Shown here: in pieces, positions 52,797 through 60,000 of the stretch
Numbering within the stretch: position 1 is the stretch's first letter
Layout of the letters: each line of letters starts with the position of its first letter
Assembly: GCA_035530075.1 (NCBI GenBank)
Contig: DATKVM010000002.1
Coordinates: 103,348 to 167,347 of the forward strand
Source of the DNA: Patescibacteria group bacterium
Lineage (GTDB): Bacteria; Patescibacteriota; Microgenomatia; UM-FILTER-40-11
Length of the DNA: 64,000 nucleotides
Reading direction: 5' to 3'
The notes under the pieces: model-generated
Seen by the model: the letters and a program-made list of their open reading frames with translations, nothing else
Told to the model about the DNA's origin: nothing
The model's database searches: none
Position numbers and translations under genes: made by a program

Positions 52797-53645
52797 ATGA
52801 TTGATACTCACGCCCACCTGAATTTTCCCTCGCTCTTGGAGCAGATTGAAAAAGTGGTAGCGGAAAGCCAAAAAGCCGGTATTACCGGGATTATCATTGC
52901 CGGTAGCCGTATAAAAGACTCTGCTTGTGCCGTTGAGCTGGCCCAAAAATACCCCGGCTACCTTTTTGCCTCAGTCGGTATCCATCCCCACAAGACTGAT
53001 CCAGAAAATCAGATGCCAATTGAAGAACAACTTCAGTCTCTTGAACGTCTAATACTTGACGCTAAACGCTCTCCCCTAGACGCTATCGTTGCTATCGGCG
53101 AGACCGGCCTTGATTTTTCCCTGGCTCCACCAGGCAACGAAGACCGACCAAAAGAAGAACAAATTAGGTTATTCCAGGAGCATATCAAGCTGGCTCAAAA
53201 ATATAATCTCCCACTCATAATTCACGCCCGGGAAGCAGTCGACGAAGTAATCGAAATCCTAACAATGAAACAATGGAACAATGAAGCAATGAAGGGCGTT
53301 TTCCACTGCTACGCCGGCGGCCGCAAAAGAATTCAGAAAATTTTAGATTTAGATTCCCCTGATACTTTTGACACTTCTGATACATCTGATACCTTTCCTC
53401 ATTGGTATTTTGGCTTTGACGGCAATTTAACTTACGATGAAGGCCTTCAAGCAGTCGTAAAATTAATCCCGCCGGAGCGGATTTTGATTGAAACCGATAG
53501 TCCTTTCCTGGCCCCGGTCCCCCATCGCGGCGAGATTAACACCCCGGCTTATTTGCCCTTAATTCAAGAGAAAATAAATGAAATTCTCGGCCAGGATTTG
53601 ACCAAACAAATCGAAAAGAATACCCGAAAGCTTTTCAATTTTTAA
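52797..53645 (+). CDS. tatD: TatD-family metal-dependent hydrolase
   Basis: MIDTHAHLN, the GIHPH region, VFHCYAGG and ETDSPFLAP. Contains in-frame inserts TMKQWNNEAMKG and DTFDTSDTSDTF. Confidence 0.8.
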   Translation: MIDTHAHLNFPSLLEQIEKVVAESQKAGITGIIIAGSRIKDSACAVELAQKYPGYLFASVGIHPHKTDPENQMPIEEQLQSLERLILDAKRSPLDAIVAIGETGLDFSLAPPGNEDRPKEEQIRLFQEHIKLAQKYNLPLIIHAREAVDEVIEILTMKQWNNEAMKGVFHCYAGGRKRIQKILDLDSPDTFDTSDTSDTFPHWYFGFDGNLTYDEGLQAVVKLIPPERILIETDSPFLAPVPHRGEINTPAYLPLIQEKINEILGQDLTKQIEKNTRKLFNF

Positions 53646-53722
53646 GAAGAACTAGAGACGAAATTCAAAGATTTCCCCGACTACCAATTGCTAATCACTA
53701 TTAATTTTGATAAAATACCCTT

Positions 53723-53908
53723 ATGCCGCAAGCTAATCCGGCTAAGTTCTTTGGTGAAGTAAAAGCCGAACTTTTAAAAGTCACCTGGCCAGGGAGAGAG
53801 GAAGTGACTCGCTTAACCGCCGTGGTAATTATTATCTCTCTTGTTGTCGGGGCTTTTATCGGCGGCTTAGACTTTATTTTTACGAAAATTATTGAACTAA
53901 TACTCTAA
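53723..53908 (+). CDS. secE: Preprotein translocase subunit SecE
   Basis: 61 aa with an FFGEVKAELLKVTWP start and a single TM helix. Immediately upstream of nusG. Confidence 0.7.
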   Translation: MPQANPAKFFGEVKAELLKVTWPGREEVTRLTAVVIIISLVVGAFIGGLDFIFTKIIELIL

Positions 53909-53910
53909 CT

Positions 53911-54543
53911 ATGGCAAACAAGAAGAAAGCGGTAAAACCTGTAGCAGCAGACTCTCAAGAAACTCAAGCTGTCAAAAAAGGTTTTGAAAATCATCTTATT
54001 ATTACTAAGTCCGATGACCCCCGGGCACGCTGGTATGTGGTCCATACCTACTCTGGCCACGAAGCTCGAGTGATGGCTTCTTTGCGCCAAAGAGTAGAGA
54101 CAATGCATCTTTCAGACCGGATATTGGAAATTTTAATCCCCACTCAAGAACAAATTCAGATTCGGGCCGGCAAAAAACACCAAGTAACCGAAAAAATTTT
54201 CCCTGGTTATATCTTGGTCAGAATGATTCTTGACGATAATTCCTGGCTGACAGTTAGAACCACCCAGGGGGTAACCGGTTTTGTTGGTGTCGGCAATAAA
54301 CCCACCCCTATCTCCGATGAAGAAGTAACCACTATTCAGAAGTTTATGAGCCTGGAAGCACCGAAATATCGCGCCAAGTTTTCTGTTAGCGAAGCCGTCA
54401 AGATTATCGACGGCCCTTTTTCCGAATTTTTGGGCTCAATTGAGAGCATTGATGAAGAGAGAGGCAAAGTGCGAGTTTTGGTCTCTATTTTCGGCCGAGA
54501 AACGCCAGTTGAACTGGACTTTTTACAAGTTAAGAAGCTATAA
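53911..54543 (+). CDS. nusG: Transcription termination/antitermination protein NusG
   Basis: NGN domain (RWYVVHTYSGHEARV), C-terminal KOW (VKIIDGPFSEFLGSIESIDEERGKVRVLVSIFGRETPVEL) and an N-terminal basic extension. Confidence 0.85.
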   Translation: MANKKKAVKPVAADSQETQAVKKGFENHLIITKSDDPRARWYVVHTYSGHEARVMASLRQRVETMHLSDRILEILIPTQEQIQIRAGKKHQVTEKIFPGYILVRMILDDNSWLTVRTTQGVTGFVGVGNKPTPISDEEVTTIQKFMSLEAPKYRAKFSVSEAVKIIDGPFSEFLGSIESIDEERGKVRVLVSIFGRETPVELDFLQVKKL

Positions 54544-54565
54544 TCCAATTCCCAATTTTTAAAAG

Positions 54566-54991
54566 ATGGCGACTAAAAAGGTTAAAACCATAATAAAACT
54601 CAACTTACCGGCGGGTGAAGCCACTCCTGCTCCTCCGGTTGGCCCGGCTTTGGGCCAACATGGTCTGCCGATTATGGATTTCATTAAGGCTTACAACGAG
54701 AGAACCGCTTCCCTTAAGGGCAATGTAATTCCAGCGGTGATTACCGTTTATGGGGATAGAACTTTTTCATTTATTACTAAACTTCCCCCGGTAGCGGCCA
54801 TGATTAAAAAAAGGTTGAATCTTCAAACTGCCTCAGGTAAGGCCGGTCGGGAAACAGTGGCTACCCTCAGTAAAGCTCAAGTGGAAGAAATTGCCAAAGA
54901 AAAAATGCCGGATTTAAATACGACCGACCTGGAAGCGGCCAAAAGGATTGTTGAAGGCACGGCCAGGAGCATGGGCATAAAGACAGAGTAA
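54566..54991 (+). CDS. rplK: 50S ribosomal protein L11
   Basis: [36 protein letters not shown]... Full uL11. Confidence 0.9.
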   Translation: MATKKVKTIIKLNLPAGEATPAPPVGPALGQHGLPIMDFIKAYNERTASLKGNVIPAVITVYGDRTFSFITKLPPVAAMIKKRLNLQTASGKAGRETVATLSKAQVEEIAKEKMPDLNTTDLEAAKRIVEGTARSMGIKTE

Positions 54992-55029
54992 GCATTTCCG
55001 ATTTCTAATTTCTAAAAATAAATATCACT

Positions 55030-55788
55030 ATGGCAAAAGCTAAAAAAACAGACGAGAAACAGGAAAAAGCCGTCAAAAAAGTGGCTAAGGCCGGCAAGGG
55101 CGAGCGGTTTGCCGATATGTCGGAAGGCGCGGTTGTTATTGACGAAACAGCCATAGAAAAGGGCCTAGAAGCCCCCCAAAAAGCCAAGAAAGCCCAGGAA
55201 CCAAAAGTAAGGGGCAAACAATATCAAGCAGCCAAAAAATTAATTGATAAGACAAAAACCTATTCTCCCAAAGAAGCTTTGGACTTGGTCAAAAAAATTT
55301 CTTTTGGCAAGTTTAATGGCACTGTGGAAGTTCACTTAAATGTCCTTGAAAAGGGCTTAAGCGGCAAAGTGACTCTCCCCCATTTTAGCGGTAAAAGTCG
55401 GCGAATAGCGGTCTTTAATGATGAACTTGCAGAAGAAATTAAAGCTGGCAAAATCAATTTCGAAGTTTTACTCACCTCCCCGGTGGATATGCCGAAAATT
55501 CTGCCCTTAGCTAAAGTTTTGGGGCCAAAAGGGCTAATGCCCAATCCGAAAAACGGCACTTTAGTTCCTGACCCAGAAAAAGCCCTGGCTAATTTTTCCG
55601 GCAACAGCTTGCATTTTCAGACAGAAAAAGACTTCCCGATTATTCATACCATCATTGGCAAAGTGGAACAACCAACCGAAGAGCTTTTGGAAAACTATCA
55701 AGCTTTAATCAAAGCTGTTAATCCCAAAAACATTAAAAAAACCACCATTAAATCCACCATGAGTCCAGGAATTAAGGTTGCTTTGTAA
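55030..55788 (+). CDS. rplA: 50S ribosomal protein L1 with a ~60-aa Lys-rich N-terminal extension
   Basis: uL1 core (GKVTLPHFSG..., GPKGLMPNPKNGT) preceded by a low-complexity Lys/Ala/Glu-rich extension. Confidence 0.85.
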   Translation: MAKAKKTDEKQEKAVKKVAKAGKGERFADMSEGAVVIDETAIEKGLEAPQKAKKAQEPKVRGKQYQAAKKLIDKTKTYSPKEALDLVKKISFGKFNGTVEVHLNVLEKGLSGKVTLPHFSGKSRRIAVFNDELAEEIKAGKINFEVLLTSPVDMPKILPLAKVLGPKGLMPNPKNGTLVPDPEKALANFSGNSLHFQTEKDFPIIHTIIGKVEQPTEELLENYQALIKAVNPKNIKKTTIKSTMSPGIKVAL

Positions 55789-55795
55789 TCCCCTC

Positions 55796-55824
55796 TTGCT
55801 TTCCCTTTTCCCTTATGCTAAAAT
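55796..55824 (+). promoter_or_regulatory. Putative extended -10 promoter for rplJL (TTGCTT-N17-TGcTAAAAT)
   Basis: TTGCTT at 55796-801 and TAAAAT at 55819-24 with TG at -15/-14. Followed by an ~200-nt leader before rplJ. Confidence 0.4.
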
Positions 55825-56003
55825 CCTTTTATTGTCCTAAAGACAGTCAGCACTCAAAAGGAGTTTAATCCTGAGCGAACCAAGCTAAGCTTGGTGAGTC
55901 GAAGGACTGGCCGAGGGAAGACTAGCAACATAGCGCGATAGCAATGTAGCAACTTAGAAATTTCCCTAAATAGCTACGTCGCTAAATGGCTAAATACTAA
56001 TTT

Positions 56004-56025
56004 GCACCCTCGAGGTGCTTTTTTT
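56004..56025 (+). promoter_or_regulatory. Hairpin plus U-tract in the rplJ leader (attenuator-like) abutting the rplJ start codon
   Basis: GCACC-CTCGA-GGTGC followed by TTTTTTT, ending 1 nt before the ATG at 56026. Confidence 0.35.
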
Positions 56026-56547
56026 ATGAAGAAACAAGACAAAATTTTTGAGGTTCAAAATTTAGCCGCCAAGATTAAAGATGCCAAATCGGTAGCCTTA
56101 GTTGATTATCGGGGCGTTTCCGCCAATCAGGCGACCGAACTACGGCATAAAATCCGAGAAAGCGGCGGCAATGTCCAGGTGGTCAAAAACCGCCTTTTCC
56201 TGCGGGCTTTGCGGGAAAATTCCTATCGTCAAGTTCCAAAAAAAGAACTGGAAGGACCAACGCTGGCTATTTTTGCCAATCAAGACGAAGTCGCCCCCTT
56301 AAAGACGGTGGTTGACTTTACTAAAGGCGTCGAGATTTTGCGCCTAAAAATTGGCTTTATGGCCGGCCGAATTTTATCCGGCCAAGAATTAAAACGTTTT
56401 GCTACCCTGCCCGGCAAAGAGCAGTTACGGGCTCAACTAGTTGGCCAGTTAGCGAGTCAACCAAGCCGTTTAGTTTACGCCTTAAACTATAACTTACAAA
56501 AATTAGCTTTAGCTCTGGATCAGATTAAAAACAAAAAACAGCAATAA
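56026..56547 (+). CDS. rplJ: 50S ribosomal protein L10
   Basis: [40 protein letters not shown]... uL10. The ATG at 56026 is preferred over the TTG-extended ORF-track start. Confidence 0.85.
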   Translation: MKKQDKIFEVQNLAAKIKDAKSVALVDYRGVSANQATELRHKIRESGGNVQVVKNRLFLRALRENSYRQVPKKELEGPTLAIFANQDEVAPLKTVVDFTKGVEILRLKIGFMAGRILSGQELKRFATLPGKEQLRAQLVGQLASQPSRLVYALNYNLQKLALALDQIKNKKQQ

Positions 56548-56551
56548 GGAG

Positions 56552-56968
56552 GTGACAAAAATGGCTGACGAAACAAAAACCAACAAAAAAGTCAAAGAAT
56601 TAATAACCGAAATTGAGAAACTCTCGGTTTTGGAATTAGCCGATTTAGTCAAGGCTTTAGAGGATAAATTCGGCGTCAGTGCAGCTCCAGTGGCAGTAGC
56701 CACTCCAGCCGCCACAACGACCCCAGCGGCTGGGGCAGCGCCGGCGGAAGAGCAAACCACTTTCAATGTGGTTTTGGCTAATGCTGGAGCCAATAAAATC
56801 TCGGTAATTAAAGCCGTTCGCGAAATTAACCAAACTTTAGGCCTTAAAGAGGCTAAAGATTTAGTCGAAGCGGCCCCGAAAGAGATTTTAACCGGCGTTA
56901 ATAAATCTACCGCCGAAGAAGCGAAGAAAAAGCTGGAAGCAGCGGGCGCAAGCGTCGAATTAAAGTAA
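56552..56968 (+). CDS. rplL: 50S ribosomal protein L7/L12
   Basis: N-terminal dimerisation domain, Ala/Pro hinge ([22 protein letters not shown]) and C-terminal domain ([22 protein letters not shown]...[10 protein letters not shown]). Confidence 0.85.
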   Translation: MTKMADETKTNKKVKELITEIEKLSVLELADLVKALEDKFGVSAAPVAVATPAATTTPAAGAAPAEEQTTFNVVLANAGANKISVIKAVREINQTLGLKEAKDLVEAAPKEILTGVNKSTAEEAKKKLEAAGASVELK

Positions 56969-56991
56969 ATTTAGCTCTGAAGAGACAAAAA

Positions 56992-57014
56992 CCCCGACGA
57001 ATGTCGGGGTTTTT
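56992..57014 (+). terminator. Rho-independent terminator after rplL
   Basis: CCCCGAC-GAAT-GTCGGGG followed by TTTTT. Confidence 0.7.
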
Positions 57015-57059
57015 GGTATATGAACAAAGTATACCCATCAGTAACTTTCTATTACACCT

Positions 57060-57186
57060 ACTTAATACGCTATAAGCGAAGCTTGAAAGCATAACTCGAA
57101 AGCTTCGTTTTAAAGCGATTTTCTTTGTAGCAGAAAAATGCTTATAAGCAGAGCTTGAAAGCATTTCTGTAGCAGAAAAATGCTTA
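57060..57186. repeat. Cluster of direct and dyad repeats upstream of the Xis-like gene (operator-like)
   Basis: TGTAGCAGAAAAATGCTTAT occurs twice (57126-45 and 57168-87, the second overlapping the -35). AGCTTGAAAGCAT occurs three times, with a partial palindrome CGAAGCTT...AAGCTTCG. Confidence 0.4.
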
Positions 57187-57214
57187 TTGACAACATTTAA
57201 AATACTGTGATACT
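57187..57214 (+). promoter_or_regulatory. Sigma70-like promoter with extended -10 (TTGACA-N16-TGtGATACT)
   Basis: TTGACA at 57187-92 and TGTGATACT at 57206-14. About 60 nt upstream of the 57274 ATG. Confidence 0.45.
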
Positions 57215-57273
57215 CTTTCAATCAGAGTTACTTAGTCGTTAAAAGGTCAGCGGTTTTAAGTAAAGGAGGCGTT

Positions 57274-57486
57274 ATGTCTGAAAGAAAGCTCAATCTAGAG
57301 GAGCTCCCTGATTTACTTACCGTCCGTGAAGTAGCGGAAATCTTGAGAGTTTCTCCTCTAACCATTAAACGCTGGGGGAAGCGAGGCAAATTACCAGCGA
57401 TTAGAATTAACTCCCGCGGTGATCGAAGGTACAAAAAAGAAGCCGTTTTGTGGCTTTTAGGCATTCAGCCGAAGGGGCAGATTTAG
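57274..57486 (+). CDS. Excisionase/MerR-superfamily HTH DNA-binding protein (Xis-like)
   Basis: LLTVREVAEILRVSPLTIKRWGKRGKLPAIRINSRGDRRYKKEAVLWLL is the HTH_17/excisionase-family pattern. 70 aa. Confidence 0.6.
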   Translation: MSERKLNLEELPDLLTVREVAEILRVSPLTIKRWGKRGKLPAIRINSRGDRRYKKEAVLWLLGIQPKGQI

Positions 57487-57541
57487 CCATCAGTAACCAG
57501 TAGATAGTGGCTAGCAAAACATACTATCTCCTCCCTAACTA

Positions 57542-58279
57542 CTATCTACTAACTACTTTTTCTTTAAGCACCAGGAAGGGAAAAACCACTACCGCATTCC
57601 AAACCCTTTTCCAGTGTCCGGGGCGCTGTAATCCCCGCCAAAGCCATTCTAAACCTAATTGACGCATCTTGGCCGGAGCGCGCTCCGTAAAACCAGTGAG
57701 AAAGTCTAAGCCCCCACCGATCCCCAGAAAAACCGCTGCCTTTATTTTGCCTCTATTTTTCATAATCCAGCGCTCCTGTTTACCCATTCCCTGACAAGCC
57801 AAAACCATTTCAAATCTCAAATCTCTAATTTCTAATTTCGGCTTATCGAGATTAACGGCCGTTAACCCCGGATACCTTATTTCTAGCCTTTTAATTAATT
57901 CTTCTGCCTCGCTCTCCTCTCCCCGGCGGGCACCGGCTATTCCCACGGCCCATTTTTCTTTATTGCCAATCGAAAGCAGCTTCGCGACTAAGTCGGCGCC
58001 AGAAATTCTTTCGGGCAATGGCTGGCCGAGAAATTTGGATAACCATATCAGACCGAATCCATCGGCAACGTTAAGATCGGACTGATTAAGAAGCTGACGA
58101 AAGGTCTCGTCACCGTTAGCAGCGACTAAGAACTCCGAATTGGGGGTAAAAACCACTCTCCTTTCTGGCCTCGGTTTAGCCACAAAACTTAGAATTTCGC
58201 TTAGCACTTCGACAAGCTCAGTGCTATTTATTCTTACTTTTAAAATCACGGCGATATTTCGGCTCATTCTTACTGTCAT
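57542..58279 (-). CDS. WecG/TagA/CpsF-family glycosyltransferase
   Basis: VVFTPNSEFLV, DGFGLIW, GIAGARRGE, QERW and GLEWLWRGLQRP are family signatures. A KLEIRDLRFE insert is encoded by a TCTAATTTCTAATTTC-type repeat. Confidence 0.7.
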   Translation of the reverse strand: MTVRMSRNIAVILKVRINSTELVEVLSEILSFVAKPRPERRVVFTPNSEFLVAANGDETFRQLLNQSDLNVADGFGLIWLSKFLGQPLPERISGADLVAKLLSIGNKEKWAVGIAGARRGEESEAEELIKRLEIRYPGLTAVNLDKPKLEIRDLRFEMVLACQGMGKQERWIMKNRGKIKAAVFLGIGGGLDFLTGFTERAPAKMRQLGLEWLWRGLQRPGHWKRVWNAVVVFPFLVLKEKVVSR

Positions 58280-58762
58280 TTTTTAAGTTTGAATTCGGTT
58301 TTTGATCAAAAATTAGCAATTTTAAAATTTGCTGGTCATTTTAAATCAAATTTTCGATTATTTCTTGGTTATTTTTGGCTACTTTCTCAAAATTTTTTAA
58401 ATTTTTTTGCCCAAATTTCACTCTCTCCCCTATCCAATTACTACAAGATAGATATAATAAAAAGAGAGGTTTGCTTTTTCATTCTTTCGGGCAATTCTTT
58501 TACTCGGCGTATTCTCGCATAGATTTTCTTTTTGGCTCCCAAAACCCTTTATTTTTCCTCTTAACATCTATCGGATTTTCGACATCTCAACTACAGGTCT
58601 ATATTCCCCCGGCAGAATTTTCACAAGTAAGCTGTGCTCTTGTGAAACAATAAACATTAGGATTTCTCAAAAAACTTTTAGTCAAAGGGCTCTTCTTCTC
58701 CTCTATTTCCGAGTAATCGACCTTTTCATCAATCACTTCCTCGTGATTGATCGCTTCATCAA

Positions 58763-59767
58763 TTACTTTCTTGTAATTGATCTTTTATAAAGCTCAATGT
58801 TCTCCAGGGCAATTCCTGTCCCTTTAACGACACAAAAAAGCGGGTCTTCCGCCACATGACAGGAAACCCCTAATTCTTGAGTCAGGAATTTGTCAAAATT
58901 GCGCAGCTGGCTAGTACCGCCGCTCATCACAATTCCCTTATCGATAATATCAGAGCTTAATTCGGGCGCTGTCTCCTCCAAGACTTCTTTGATCATGGCG
59001 GTAATGGCATTTAAAGCCGGTTTCATGGCCTCGGTAACTTCATGAGAAGAAAAGGTGATAATTTTGGGTAAACCCAACAAAGAATCCCGGCCTTTCACTT
59101 CCAAGCTTTCTTCTTTATTGAGAGGCAGGGCCGAACCGATTTTAATTTTGATTTCCTCAGCCGTTTGTTCACCAACGACAATGTTGTGCTTGCGACGCAA
59201 AAAGGAAGCAATCGCCTCGTCAATTCTGTTTCCCGCTACCCGAACGCTTTTATGGACAACCACTCCGCCCAAAGAAATAACCGCGGCTTCCGAAGCTCCG
59301 CCTCCCATATCCAAAACCAGATTGCCGGAAGCTTGAGCAATAGGAATTTTGGCGCCAATAGCGGCCGCCAAAGGTTCGTCAATAAGATAAGCGACTCGCG
59401 CGCCCGCCGAAAGAGTCGCATCCAAAACTGCCCGTCTTTCCACCTGGGTCACTCCGACTGGAGTGCAAATCATCACTTCCGGCTTCAAAAGCCAAATTCT
59501 GCCACAAACTTTTTGAATAAAATAGCGCAAAAGGGCTTCGGTAACTTCATAGTCAGCAATGACTCCTTCCCGCAGTGGTCGCAAAGCGCTGATATTACCA
59601 GGAGTCCGACCAAGCATCTGCTTGGCTTCATTTCCCACGGCCAAAACCCGTTTATCTTCAGCGGAAATAGCGACGACCGTCGGTTCATCAAGAACAATTC
59701 CCTTCCCTACCAACCAAATAACAGTGTTGGCGGTCCCCAAGTCAATGGCAAGTTGCTTGCTCAACAT
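58763..59767 (-). CDS. MreB-like actin homolog (second paralog)
   Basis: MLSKQLAIDLGTANTVIWLVGKGIVLDEPTVVAIS... and full actin-fold motifs. The start was moved to the internal Met preceding the conserved DLGTANT. Confidence 0.75.
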   Translation of the reverse strand: MLSKQLAIDLGTANTVIWLVGKGIVLDEPTVVAISAEDKRVLAVGNEAKQMLGRTPGNISALRPLREGVIADYEVTEALLRYFIQKVCGRIWLLKPEVMICTPVGVTQVERRAVLDATLSAGARVAYLIDEPLAAAIGAKIPIAQASGNLVLDMGGGASEAAVISLGGVVVHKSVRVAGNRIDEAIASFLRRKHNIVVGEQTAEEIKIKIGSALPLNKEESLEVKGRDSLLGLPKIITFSSHEVTEAMKPALNAITAMIKEVLEETAPELSSDIIDKGIVMSGGTSQLRNFDKFLTQELGVSCHVAEDPLFCVVKGTGIALENIELYKRSITRK

Positions 59768-60000
59768 GATATCTTTTGATAAATAAAGTCCATAGTATGT
59801 TCTATTCTCAAAATCTTTCTTAAAATCATTATAAGTGCTAAATACTCTAATTTGCAATTTCTTATTGTCCTAAATGTGTTTCAGGTAAGAAATCGCCAAA
59901 ATTGTAGATTCTGAAAAGATAAGTATACATTTTAACTTAGTTCGACAAGAGAAATTTTTCTTCTTGCATTAGTTTGGTTGACATCGTTACAATTCTATAG

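Noticed and set aside
3336-53396. Short tandem repeats (GATACNTTT arrays) as a possible CRISPR array
   Set aside because: Units are 9 bp with no spacers, lie inside protein-coding genes in frame, and are dispersed at three distant loci. No cas genes are present. They are not CRISPR.
59165-59779. 204-aa plus-strand ORF antisense to the second mreB
   Set aside because: Shadow ORF inside a confidently assigned actin-fold gene, with a product rich in R/S/N and no homology.
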